This document shows, piece after piece, positions 29,064-37,825 of a DNA stretch of 64,000 bases. Numbering within the stretch: position 1 is the stretch's first letter; each line of letters starts with the position of its first letter. The stretch comes from Clostridiales bacterium (GTDB lineage: Bacteria; Bacillota; Clostridia; Christensenellales; CAG-138). The DNA lies in NCBI GenBank assembly GCA_009779405.1, contig WREI01000002.1, positions 3,611 through 67,610 of the forward strand. The letters are read 5' to 3'. The notes beneath the pieces were generated by a model, which searched no databases, was not told the DNA's origin, and saw nothing but the letters and a program-made list of their open reading frames with translations. Both the position numbers and the translations under genes were made by a program.

Positions 29064-29393
29064 ATGCTCGTCATCGTCGCCATACTCGGCGCCCTGTTCG
29101 GCGTGGCATTAGCGCTGACGATCTGGGCTATCACCCGCAAGCGCGGCAAGCCCGAGTTCTCCAAGATTCTGGCGACTTGGGCTGTGGTTATCGCCACGCT
29201 GTCCGTAGTCGCGTCATATGTGTTGGCAGCGTTCGGGCTTGACCCAATACAGGACTTAACGCTCGGCATCTTCTCGGTCTGCGTTGGCGACCTTGTAGGA
29301 TATTCGGCCAAGTCACTCATGGAGAAAATGAGCCGCAACAAGCACGGCCTGGACGCCGGCGGGCGGCCATACGGGGACGATAACGGCGAGTAG
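29064..29393 (+). CDS. Three-TM small membrane protein (holin candidate)
   Basis: Three hydrophobic segments in 109 aa with a charged C-terminus. Confidence 0.55.
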   Translation: MLVIVAILGALFGVALALTIWAITRKRGKPEFSKILATWAVVIATLSVVASYVLAAFGLDPIQDLTLGIFSVCVGDLVGYSAKSLMEKMSRNKHGLDAGGRPYGDDNGE

Positions 29394-29480
29394 AGATATA
29401 TATACGTCACCCTGCCCGCGCAACGAAAATTTGACCTGTTGCAACACGCGACAGGTACTAAAACAAAAGGAGAAGCACAA

Positions 29481-29738
29481 ATGAAAATCAACTGGAAGTC
29501 CAAATTGGCAAGCCGCAAGTTCTGGGCCGCGGTGGCCGCATGGATCACGTCCGTCCTAACCGCGTTTGGCGTGACGGACAACATCATCGCCCGCGTATCG
29601 CTTATCGTGGCAGGCATCGGCGCGCTGGCCATCTACATGCTTGCCGAAGCGCTTACGGATAAGGCGCGTACGAATGGCACACAAACATCTTTCGGTGTTT
29701 GGAATGCGCAGGTTGGAGAGCAACCGTCCGAAGAATAA
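29481..29738 (+). CDS. Holin (phi LC3-like family)
   Basis: ATG at 29481 after AAAGGAGAAG. MKINWKSKLASRKFWAAVAAWITSVL.. is the typical N-terminus of this holin family. Two TMs. Confidence 0.75.
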   Translation: MKINWKSKLASRKFWAAVAAWITSVLTAFGVTDNIIARVSLIVAGIGALAIYMLAEALTDKARTNGTQTSFGVWNAQVGEQPSEE

Positions 29739-29750
29739 ATAATACCCCTT

Positions 29751-29785
29751 ATGCCCCCGGCGCAAAAACGCCGGGGGCATTTATC
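29751..29785 (+). terminator. Strong terminator closing the prophage late operon
   Basis: ATGCCCCCGGCG-CAAAAA-CGCCGGGGGCAT (12-bp stem) followed by TTAT. Confidence 0.8.
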
Positions 29786-29964
29786 TATATAAATGGCTTT
29801 TTATTTGACATCGTTATGAAATTTTCAAGGTGCTACCATGAATGATAGCAAAAGGTATCTGCTTTATCAATATGGTTTGCCAATTTATATTCACTACGTT
29901 TTTGGATGCGGGAAATCAAGATAACGGGTTTGTATAGTGGGTTGCTAATCTATGCGATAATAGC

Positions 29965-29990
29965 AAAAAATGCAGTATTTACTGCATTTT
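29965..29990 (-). terminator. Small intrinsic terminator downstream of tRNA-Pro
   Basis: On the minus strand: TGCAGT-AAAT-ACTGCA followed by TTTTTT, 8 nt after the tRNA CCA end. Confidence 0.55.
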
Positions 29991-29994
29991 TCGT

Positions 29995-30071
29995 TGGTCT
30001 GGGTGACAGGAATTGAACCTGCGACCTCTTGAACCCCATTCAAGCACGCTACCAAACTGCGCTACACCCAG
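29995..30071 (-). tRNA. tRNA-Pro (anticodon GGG), CCA encoded
   Basis: The reverse complement folds as acceptor CTGGGTG/CACCCAG, D arm GCGC-AGTTTGGTA-GCGT, anticodon arm CTTGA-ATGGGGT-TCAAG and T arm GCAGG-TTCAATT-CCTGT, ending A73-CCA. C1:G72 and G37 fit tRNA-Pro. Confidence 0.9.
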
Positions 30072-30089
30072 ATTCTTTTGACCACGCAC

Positions 30090-30118
30090 AGTTTAGCACT
30101 TGGGAGCGCGATTGTCAA
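30090..30118 (-). promoter_or_regulatory. Promoter of tRNA-Pro
   Basis: Minus strand: TTGACA, 17-nt spacer (ending in TGC), TAAACT, ~18 nt upstream of the tRNA 5' end. Confidence 0.6.
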
Positions 30119-30152
30119 ATGAATATTTGGTAAAACGCGCGGGTTCTTACTC

Positions 30153-30181
30153 TTGAAAAAATTTGCGGTATGCATTATAAT
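30153..30181 (+). promoter_or_regulatory. Promoter of the M50 protease gene
   Basis: TTGAAA (30153-30158), 17-nt spacer, TATAAT (30176-30181). The in-frame ATG at 30188 lies 6 nt after the -10. Confidence 0.6.
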
Positions 30182-30187
30182 ATATGT

Positions 30188-30859
30188 ATGTTTGATAATT
30201 TGATTTATTTTTTCAATAACCCGATAGAACTCCTGTACTATCTCCCCGTGCTGCTCTTTTCGTTCGCATTGCACGAGTGGGGGCATGCCTTTGCTGCCCA
30301 CAAGAACGGGGACGACACCGCGAAGATGCTGGGGCGGCTCACGCTCAATCCCTTCGCACACGTCGATATCGTTGGGTTGATCTTTCTGCTGGTCTGCGGT
30401 TTTGGCTGGGGTAAACCCGTGCCTATCAATCCGCGCAATTTCAAGAATTATAAAAAGGGTATGCTCTGGGTGTCCTTTGCGGGTGTGCTCTGCAATTTGG
30501 CGCTGATGGTCGCTGCCGTTCTACTGTTTGCAGGCGTCTTGCTTTTCGCGCCGAACCTCATCCATAACGAACCGCTAAAGAGCATCTTTGGCTATTTGGT
30601 CGGTATCAACCTTGCGCTCTTTATTTTCAATCTGCTCCCCATCCCGCCCTTGGATGGCTCTAAAATTGTTGAAACCCTCTTTGCGAGATGGTTGCCCCAA
30701 GGTTACCGCAATTTTATGAATCGCTATGGGCGTTTTGTCATGTTTGGTGTACTCTTTCTCTTAATCCAACTTGGTGTATTTACTTTCATTTTCGATTTTG
30801 CAAGCGATGTCGTTTTCGGCAGCATAGAGCTTCTTTTAAAAGCAATGCTGGGCATCTGA
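30188..30859 (+). CDS. Site-2 protease family (peptidase M50) membrane metalloprotease
   Basis: HEWGHAFAAH (HExxH) inside a TM segment; multiple TMs. The track start at 30170 falls inside the promoter spacer. Confidence 0.85.
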   Translation: MFDNLIYFFNNPIELLYYLPVLLFSFALHEWGHAFAAHKNGDDTAKMLGRLTLNPFAHVDIVGLIFLLVCGFGWGKPVPINPRNFKNYKKGMLWVSFAGVLCNLALMVAAVLLFAGVLLFAPNLIHNEPLKSIFGYLVGINLALFIFNLLPIPPLDGSKIVETLFARWLPQGYRNFMNRYGRFVMFGVLFLLIQLGVFTFIFDFASDVVFGSIELLLKAMLGI

Positions 30860-30863
30860 CCCC

Positions 30864-31646
30864 GTGACCGACGCGCTGCATATCACTATAGAGCAATTCG
30901 ACGGGCCGCTGGATCTGCTTTTGCATTTGATTACACGCGCGGAACTACGCATTGAGGAGATCGCCCTTTGCGAGATCACCGGGCAATATTTGGAGTTGAT
31001 GCGGCAGACCGATGCCATGGATATGGAGCAGGCGAGCGCTTTTCTCTCTGTCGCGGCGCAGTTGCTGCTGATTAAATCGCGCGCGCTGCTGCCCCGTCCG
31101 CCCGCCTTGACCGAACAGGAGGAGGATCCCGCGCAGGCGTTGCTGCGCCAATTGCGGGAATATCAGGTGATTAAGGAAGCGGCGGCGGCTTTGCAGACGG
31201 CGTGGGAAGACGCGGCGCGCGCCTATACCCGCCTGCCCGAAGACATCGCCCTGCCCCCGCAGAAATTGGAATTGGAAGACACCACTTTGCAAGCCCTGTT
31301 CGCGGCCTATCAATCCCTGCTCGGCAAACGGCAGGCGCAGGAGGAGACGGTGCAAAACATCGTCCGCCGCGTGAAGCCCGACGCGTTTACGATACGGAAC
31401 CGCGCCGCGCATATCCTGCGCTGCCTGGCGGATAAGAAGAGCGTCCGATTTGAGACCCTCTTTTCCGAGGACGCGCCGCGCATGGAGATCGTCGTCACCT
31501 TCCTCGCCATACTTGAAATGCTCAGCCGCAACGAACTGCGTCTCACGCAGGCGGCCCCCTTTGCGCCCATCTTCCTGCGGCGCAGCGCCAATGCACAGAC
31601 CACCGACCACGCCTATATGGATGAAACGGATGATGCCTATGATTGA
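30864..31646 (+). CDS. scpA: Segregation and condensation protein A
   Basis: N-terminus IEQFDGPLDLLLHLI; ~260 aa; followed by scpB. Confidence 0.9.
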   Translation: MTDALHITIEQFDGPLDLLLHLITRAELRIEEIALCEITGQYLELMRQTDAMDMEQASAFLSVAAQLLLIKSRALLPRPPALTEQEEDPAQALLRQLREYQVIKEAAAALQTAWEDAARAYTRLPEDIALPPQKLELEDTTLQALFAAYQSLLGKRQAQEETVQNIVRRVKPDAFTIRNRAAHILRCLADKKSVRFETLFSEDAPRMEIVVTFLAILEMLSRNELRLTQAAPFAPIFLRRSANAQTTDHAYMDETDDAYD

Positions 31647-32193
31647 GAACAGACCCGAATATGCCGTGATTGAATGCCTGCTCTTTGTGGCGGGCGATCC
31701 CGTGCCGCTCATTGAGCTGGCGCGGGTGCTTGCGCTTTCCCTGCCGCAGACCCAGGAGCTGCTGGCCGAAATGGAGACCGCCTATCGCGCCGATGGGCGG
31801 GGCATACTGCCGCTGGTGACGGACGCGACCGCCCAACTGATTTCCAACCGCGATTTCGCGGCGCAGGTGGAGGAATTATTGCAGCCGAACCGGGAGAAGA
31901 CGGCCAGCCAGTCGCTGATGGAGACCCTCAGCATCGTCGCCTACCGCCAGCCCGTGACGCGGCTCGAGGTGGAGAGCATACGCGGCGTGCGCTCGGAATA
32001 TGCCATCGCCCAACTGCAGAAGATGGGGCTTATTGACGAGGTGGGGCGTAAGGAAGCCCTGGGCCGCCCCATCCTGTATGGAACCACGGAATCGTTCCTC
32101 CGCAAGTTCCGCCTGCACAATCTCAGTGAACTGCCGGATTATGCACGTTTTGCTGTACCGTTGGCGGCGGAGGAAGAGTTTTCGGTGGTTTGA
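31633..32193 (+). CDS. scpB: Segregation and condensation protein B
   Basis: ATG at 31633 overlaps the scpA end; IECLLFVAGDPV.. and SIVAYRQPVTRLEVESIRGV motifs. Confidence 0.9.
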   Translation: MPMIENRPEYAVIECLLFVAGDPVPLIELARVLALSLPQTQELLAEMETAYRADGRGILPLVTDATAQLISNRDFAAQVEELLQPNREKTASQSLMETLSIVAYRQPVTRLEVESIRGVRSEYAIAQLQKMGLIDEVGRKEALGRPILYGTTESFLRKFRLHNLSELPDYARFAVPLAAEEEFSVV

Positions 32194-32249
32194 TGGGTAT
32201 GGGCAATGGGCAGCGCGCAGCGCGCAATGTTCAATGATGAGAAGGACTG

Positions 32250-33068
32250 GTGAATCATATGTCAAAATGCAAATTTATATTATTTTCAACATTTTGGGTA
32301 GTAATACTATTCTGTGCATGCCGGAGCAATCCTCCTTCAACCAATGATTTGACTATTCATGGTGATGCAACACATACCCCCACGCCAAGCGCCACACCCA
32401 TATCAACGCCCAAGCCCACCCCAACGGCAACACCCATTCCAACGCCCGAACCAACGCCCACGCCCCAAGAAGAAACAGAGCCAATGGATATTGCGCTACA
32501 GGTCGATACAGCGCCTGTTGAATCGCTGCAAGAAAGCTATCCTTTAAGCGAGTTGGAGGAATTCTTCATCTCAGTCTATTCCTACGATGCAGGTATGTTG
32601 CGGTATGATGATGAAAAAACTATACGATATCCAGGTGCAAAGCAAAGATTCCCCGCGTCATTATTGCGCTGCTATGATTCCGAAAATGAGAGGTGTTATT
32701 CCATATATCGCGTTGCGGAAGGCGGATACTTCTATGTATTTTGGAGTTGGTGGGGCGATATTTTTGAAACAAGATATAACTTATATATCCCACGGTTGTA
32801 CGCTCCGGAAGAGTTTGCGGAAATCAAGATAGGTGATTCCTTTGCCGATGTGCAGAAAATCGCTCCGGAACTCAGGGAAGGTGTAAGTTCGTCATACTCC
32901 AGCCTATATGTGCTTCTCTCTTCTGAAAAAGTGCTGGAGTTTGTGAGTCGGGAATATGACAAAACGAAAGAAGGAAGCTACAGAGATATTATCACAGAAA
33001 TCAATGAAGTGCCCATACCCCGTGGCATTGATTTGTTCGACATTGCAAAAGAAGACTTTCCGAGCTGA
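32250..33068 (+). CDS. Lipoprotein of unknown function with Pro/Thr-rich linker
   Basis: Signal/lipobox ..VVILFCAC; TPTPSATPISTPKPTPTATPIPTPEPTPTP linker; lower GC than its neighbours. Confidence 0.7.
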   Translation: MNHMSKCKFILFSTFWVVILFCACRSNPPSTNDLTIHGDATHTPTPSATPISTPKPTPTATPIPTPEPTPTPQEETEPMDIALQVDTAPVESLQESYPLSELEEFFISVYSYDAGMLRYDDEKTIRYPGAKQRFPASLLRCYDSENERCYSIYRVAEGGYFYVFWSWWGDIFETRYNLYIPRLYAPEEFAEIKIGDSFADVQKIAPELREGVSSSYSSLYVLLSSEKVLEFVSREYDKTKEGSYRDIITEINEVPIPRGIDLFDIAKEDFPS

Positions 33069-33213
33069 AGACGGGACATATCACGACAGCAGGCATCTCT
33101 ACATACATTGCGCACTGCACATTGCACTTGTAATATGAATATTTCAATATAATATTTGCGGAATTTATGTGAATAGTATAGAATGCGTCTATAAACCTTA
33201 GAGGAGTAGACAA

Positions 33214-34263
33214 ATGAACTTTGAAAATATTTGGATCGATTGGGAGGACGCCGGAGATTTTTCCGGCGTGTTTTCGGTGAGCGATGCGCGAGGTGTGCTG
33301 TTTGAAAAATGTGGCGGGTTCCGTAACCGGAGCGAACAGCTTTTGAACAATCGGGATACCGCGTTTGGCATCGCTTCGGGTACCAAGCTCTTTACTGGTT
33401 TGGCAGTCTGTAAACTGATAGACGAAGGCAAGCTCTCGCTCAACGCCAAGCTCTGCGACATATTGCCGCATGATTTGGGACAGATAGACCCGCGCGTTAC
33501 GGTCTTTCATCTCTTGACGCACAGCTCGGGCGTCGGGGATTATATTGATGAAGAAGGCGAGGACAGTTTGGAGCAATTGGAGGAACTGTATCGTAAATAT
33601 CCCGTATATCTGTGGGACAGGCTCGATTACTATCTGCCGATGATCACGCCGCTGGCGCCGAAATTTCAGCCGGGCGAGCGCTTCGGGTATTCCAACGCGG
33701 GCTTTGTTTTGCTGGGTTTGGTGGTTGAAGCGGTCAGCGGGCTTTCGTATCAGCAATACGTAACGGACGCCATTATCACGCCCTGCAAGCTGAAGCATAC
33801 GGGCTATTATCGCATGGACGCGCTGCCCTATAACACGGCGTTGGGGTATATGGACGATGGAGATACAGGCGAATGGCGCGCGAATATATTCAGCATGCCG
33901 ATTATCGGCGGCGCGGACGGCGGTATCTTTACCTGTGCGGAAGATTTGGACAAGTTATGGCGCGCCGTGTTCCGCGGCGAAATTCTCGGCGAGGGGATGC
34001 TGCAGGCGTTTCTGCAAGCGCAGATTATCAGAGACGACTGCGAGAGCTATGGGTTGGGCGTATACCGTTTTCAGCGCGAAGGGCAATTGGCCTATTACGC
34101 CGTGGGCGGCGACTTCGGCGTGGAATTCTTCACGGTCTACTTCCTGGAGCAGGGTATTGTGGCTTCCGCGCTCGGCAACTCCGAGGTCAATGCGTATTCG
34201 CTATTGGAAGGACTGCTTTACAGTAAGAGAGAGGAACTGAATGAATCTAAACAAATCGATTGA
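33214..34263 (+). CDS. Serine hydrolase, beta-lactamase (class C / PBP4*-like) family
   Basis: SxxK motif ASGTKLFT; YSNAG motif; ~350 aa. Confidence 0.8.
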   Translation: MNFENIWIDWEDAGDFSGVFSVSDARGVLFEKCGGFRNRSEQLLNNRDTAFGIASGTKLFTGLAVCKLIDEGKLSLNAKLCDILPHDLGQIDPRVTVFHLLTHSSGVGDYIDEEGEDSLEQLEELYRKYPVYLWDRLDYYLPMITPLAPKFQPGERFGYSNAGFVLLGLVVEAVSGLSYQQYVTDAIITPCKLKHTGYYRMDALPYNTALGYMDDGDTGEWRANIFSMPIIGGADGGIFTCAEDLDKLWRAVFRGEILGEGMLQAFLQAQIIRDDCESYGLGVYRFQREGQLAYYAVGGDFGVEFFTVYFLEQGIVASALGNSEVNAYSLLEGLLYSKREELNESKQID

Positions 34264-35356
34264 ATTTCTGTTGGAAAACGCCGGGGCGGTTATACAATAC
34301 CGCCTGCGCAAAGAAATTTTGCATAACCTTTCCAAAACAGAGGAAGAAAATCTGCTGGAACAGATCTATCAAACACCGTATTTCCGGCTCGTGCAAAGCT
34401 ATGTTAAGCCGAATGGCTATATCGGCAGCGGGATGCATAGCTTTAATAATTGGCGCGGTGTGCGCTTGCATGAAACTCCATTACAGGATGGAGAAACTGC
34501 GGCGCGACTGCTGTCGTATTACGCTATACCGAAAGTCAATCCGATTGTAGCGAATTTTATTGCGGCGATGCGAAATGAAGAAACGTTGCGCCATGAATTT
34601 TCCTATATTCCGCCGGAGATCGTGCGATATGAAGACAGATTATTAGGCATGAGCAGCGGCTTCTGTTTGATGATACTGCTGTGCGCGATGCAAGCCATGC
34701 TCAGTTATGGCGACGACCGGGAAATGGACGAGGTTTGCAAAGTTTCGTTTGAAGCGTTCAAGAGCATTTTACAGCTTCATTCATTTTCGGATATAACGAA
34801 AACCCCGAAAGGCAAATCGAAATATGACTATCCATATGTTGAAGAAGACACGTATTGCCCTTCTATATATCACTTAGCCATTCTCGCTTATACAAATAAT
34901 TGGCGAACAGCCGAAAGCGTGCAATTATTGGCGGATGCACTCAACCACCGCAACGCCATACTTCCTGAAAACAATGATATGCGTGTTAAAATCAGGAGCA
35001 ATTATTATTCGGTAGGTTTGTTGCACAGACCGATTCACCCGTTCCGTGCAGATACAATTCACTCAATATTATACCGCCGTGCTCTAACCGAAATCGCTAT
35101 GCTTGGTGTCGGCGAGCGTGTCGAGGTGATCCGCGAATCTGTAGCCAATTTGCGGGAGGCCATCGGTAGTGATGGCATTTTGCGAATGCGTTTTGACTTG
35201 TCCCACAATAAGCGATATTCGCCAAAGGCCATCGACTATCCGACGCCATACGTTGACGTGCGCTTGGAACCCGATTATTCGCGCAAATATGCGCTCGAAT
35301 GTGATTTGACATTTTGGGCGGTGCAATTTCTGTATCTTGTGCAAGGAAAAATCTGA
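34241..35356 (+). CDS. Hypothetical protein (371 aa, no motif recognised)
   Basis: Long ORF with SD GAGGAA, overlapping the upstream gene by 23 nt; low GC. Confidence 0.6.
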   Translation: MNLNKSIEFLLENAGAVIQYRLRKEILHNLSKTEEENLLEQIYQTPYFRLVQSYVKPNGYIGSGMHSFNNWRGVRLHETPLQDGETAARLLSYYAIPKVNPIVANFIAAMRNEETLRHEFSYIPPEIVRYEDRLLGMSSGFCLMILLCAMQAMLSYGDDREMDEVCKVSFEAFKSILQLHSFSDITKTPKGKSKYDYPYVEEDTYCPSIYHLAILAYTNNWRTAESVQLLADALNHRNAILPENNDMRVKIRSNYYSVGLLHRPIHPFRADTIHSILYRRALTEIAMLGVGERVEVIRESVANLREAIGSDGILRMRFDLSHNKRYSPKAIDYPTPYVDVRLEPDYSRKYALECDLTFWAVQFLYLVQGKI

Positions 35357-35357
35357 T

Positions 35358-36128
35358 TCACACATAACGGCCCAACTGCTTCAAAACCCCCTTCTCCAGA
35401 CGCGATACCTGGGCCTGCGAAATGCCTATCTCCTCGCTGACCTCCATCTGCGTCTTGCCGAGGAAATAGCGCATACGCAGGATTTTCTGTTCGCGCTCGG
35501 TCAATTTGGAGATGCCCTCCTTGAGCGAGAGCGCGTCCACCCAATTGTCTTCCGAGATGCGCGCGTCCTTCACCTGATCGATGATATACACCGCGTCCCC
35601 GTCCTCGTGGAAGACCGGCTCATAGAGGGATACGGGGTCGCTGATGGCGTCCAATGCGAAGACGACCTCCTCCTCCCGAATCTGCAGTTCCCGCGCAATG
35701 TCGCCGATCGTCGGCTCCGCGCCGCGCTCGTCTAACAGGCGGTTCTTCACCTGCATGGCCTTATAGGCCGTGTCACGCAGGGAGCGGGAGACGCGCACCG
35801 CCGTATAGTCGCGCAGGTGACGCCGTATCTCGCCGATGATCATGGGGACGGCATAGGTGGAGAATTTGACTTCGTGCTTCATATCGAAGTTTTCCATCGC
35901 CTTGATGAGCCCGATGCAACCGACCTGAAAGAGATCGTCCGCGCTCTCGCCGCGCCCGGCGAAGCGCTGCACTACGGAGAGCACCAAGCGCAGGTTGCAG
36001 CGCAGGAATTCCTCCCGCGCCGATTCGTTGCCCGTCTTGACCTCTTTCAGCAATTCCAGCATCTCGCGGCTGTTTTTGGTGGGCAGTTTGCCCGTGTCCA
36101 CGCCGCAAATCTCTACTTTGTGTATCAT
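35358..36128 (-). CDS. sigG: Sporulation sigma factor SigG
   Basis: Near-colinear with B. subtilis SigG: KVEICGVDTGKLP, GNLRLVLSVVQRF, DLFQVGCIGLIKA, KFSTYAVPMIIGEIRR, GKTQMEVSEEIGISQAQVSRLEK. Confidence 0.9.
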   Translation of the reverse strand: MIHKVEICGVDTGKLPTKNSREMLELLKEVKTGNESAREEFLRCNLRLVLSVVQRFAGRGESADDLFQVGCIGLIKAMENFDMKHEVKFSTYAVPMIIGEIRRHLRDYTAVRVSRSLRDTAYKAMQVKNRLLDERGAEPTIGDIARELQIREEEVVFALDAISDPVSLYEPVFHEDGDAVYIIDQVKDARISEDNWVDALSLKEGISKLTEREQKILRMRYFLGKTQMEVSEEIGISQAQVSRLEKGVLKQLGRYV

Positions 36129-36252
36129 ATGGCTTAGCTTTGCCGCGGGAGGGGTGCTTTAATCGGGTTCGACAATAGGCGTGCGAAAAGACGGATTTTC
36201 TTTCCCGTATTGCCTGAAGGAGAAAACGTTTAATCAATCTCATGCAAAGCTA

Positions 36253-36281
36253 TTGACAGGCAAGTAAAAGCGTGGTATATC
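36253..36281 (+). promoter_or_regulatory. Promoter of the arabinose operon
   Basis: TTGACA (36253-36258), 17-nt spacer ending in TGG, TATATC (36276-36281). Confidence 0.55.
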
Positions 36282-36309
36282 CTTTGTAAAGTGTAATTTA
36301 CGGGGTGAT

Positions 36310-37809
36310 ATGCGTATGGCTTTTATCGGCGTGGAATTTGGCAGTACCAGAATCAAGGCGCTGCGCGTGGACGCGGGGGGGCGGGTTTTGGCCTCTGGGA
36401 CACACGACTGGGAGAACCGCTTGGAGGACGGGGTTTGGACCTATGGTTTGGACACCGTTTGGGCGGGGCTCAGGAATGTGTTTGCACAGCTCGGGGCCGC
36501 CCTGCCCTTCGATGGGGTGGAGGGCGTGGGCGTTTCGGCGATGATGCACGGCTATCTTGCGTTTGACGCGGAGGGCGAGCTGCTCGTGCCGTTTCGAACC
36601 TGGCGCAATACGACAACGGGAGCGGCGGCGGCGGCGCTGACCGAACTGTTCGATTTCAATATTCCACAGCGCTGGAGCGTGGCGCATCTGTATCAGGCCA
36701 TTCTGAACGGCGAAGAACATGTGGACAGGATTGCATTTATCACAACTTTGGCCGGTTATGTGCACTGGAAGCTGACGGGCGAAAAAGTGTTGGGGGTTGG
36801 CGACGCTTCGGGTATGTTCCCCGTGCGCGATGGGGCTTATGATCCTGTGATGGTCGAGAAATTCCGCGCGCTGACCGGGCTTGACTGGAATGCGATTGCA
36901 CCCGCGATATTGCCTGCGGGGGCGCGCGCGGGGGTGTTGCGGGAACCGTTCTGCGGGCTGCCCGCAGGTACGCCGTTCTGCCCGCCCGAGGGAGATGCGG
37001 GGACGGGGATGGTGGCCACCAATTCCATTGCGGCGCGGACGGGCAATATTTCGGCGGGCACCTCCATTTTCGCGATGTCCGTGTTGGAAAAGCCGCTGTC
37101 CAAGCTATACCCTGAGATCGATATGGTGACGACGCCCGACGGACTGCCCGTGGCGATGGTGCACTGCAACAGCTGCACGGGCGATTTGGACGCGTGGGTG
37201 GGGCTGTTTGGCGAAGCCTGCGCGGCGTTGGGTTTGGACGTGCCGAAGTCTGCGCTCTATGGCGTACTCTATGGGCAAGCCCTTCAAAGCGACGCGGACG
37301 GCGGCGGACTTTTGGCCTACAATCTCTTCGCGGGGGAGCCCGTGGTGGGCTTGGAGGAAGGGCGGCTGCTGTTCGCGCGCAGGCCCGACAGCACTTTTAC
37401 GTTGGCGAATTTTATGCGCACGCTGCTGTTTTCCGCCCTCGGGACGCTGGCCATCGGCATGGAACTGCTGGACGCCGAGGGCGTGTTTCCCGACAGCATG
37501 CTCGGGCATGGGGGGCTGTTCAAGACGCCCGTTGTGGGGCAGCGCCTGATGGCCGCGGCGCTGGGCATACCCGTTTCGGTGATGGAGACTGCGGGCGAGG
37601 GCGGCCCTTGGGGCATGGCCCTGCTGGCGGCCTATATGCTGCGCGCAGAAGGGCGGAGCCTTGCGTCGCATCTGAACGAAACGGTGTTTGCCGATGCGCA
37701 GACTGTTTCTGTTTCGCCCGATGCGGCGGACAGGGCGGGATTTTTGCGGTTTTTGGAACGCTATAAAAAGGGGCTGGCCGTGGAACGGGCGGCCATCGAA
37801 AATTTCTGA
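36310..37809 (+). CDS. FGGY-family sugar kinase, probable L-ribulokinase (AraK-type)
   Basis: FGGY N-terminus [13 protein letters not shown]. It is the first gene of an araA-araD operon, and the function is inferred from that context. Confidence 0.75.
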   Translation: MRMAFIGVEFGSTRIKALRVDAGGRVLASGTHDWENRLEDGVWTYGLDTVWAGLRNVFAQLGAALPFDGVEGVGVSAMMHGYLAFDAEGELLVPFRTWRNTTTGAAAAALTELFDFNIPQRWSVAHLYQAILNGEEHVDRIAFITTLAGYVHWKLTGEKVLGVGDASGMFPVRDGAYDPVMVEKFRALTGLDWNAIAPAILPAGARAGVLREPFCGLPAGTPFCPPEGDAGTGMVATNSIAARTGNISAGTSIFAMSVLEKPLSKLYPEIDMVTTPDGLPVAMVHCNSCTGDLDAWVGLFGEACAALGLDVPKSALYGVLYGQALQSDADGGGLLAYNLFAGEPVVGLEEGRLLFARRPDSTFTLANFMRTLLFSALGTLAIGMELLDAEGVFPDSMLGHGGLFKTPVVGQRLMAAALGIPVSVMETAGEGGPWGMALLAAYMLRAEGRSLASHLNETVFADAQTVSVSPDAADRAGFLRFLERYKKGLAVERAAIENF

Positions 37810-37825
37810 GAGAAGGAGCATCCAT

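Larger units (their letters stand above)
1..29994 (+). mobile_element. Integrated siphovirus-like prophage, right-hand ~30 kb (replication, packaging, head, tail, lysis); left end and integrase outside window
   Basis: Unbroken + strand series of phage families from DUF2815/PolA to endolysin/holin, ending ~210 bp from the 3' end of a tRNA-Pro gene. Confidence 0.9.

Noticed and set aside
29838-29924. 28-codon ORF (MNDSKRYLLYQYGLPIYIHYVFGCGKSR) in the AT-rich spacer between the prophage and the tRNA
   Set aside because: No SD, very short, and in AT-rich sequence where such ORFs arise by chance.
32380-32470. Tandem-repeat or CRISPR-like periodicity (also at 59740-59880 and 63390-63440)
   Set aside because: These are in-frame Pro/Thr-rich linker regions of lipoproteins (ACNCCN codon periodicity), not spacer-repeat arrays. 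No CRISPR array is present in the window.
36129-36252. Forespore (sigma-F/sigma-G type) promoter upstream of sigG
   Set aside because: I looked for GYATA-N17/18-CAHWHTA-like boxes on the minus strand and found no convincing match, so I make no promoter call.
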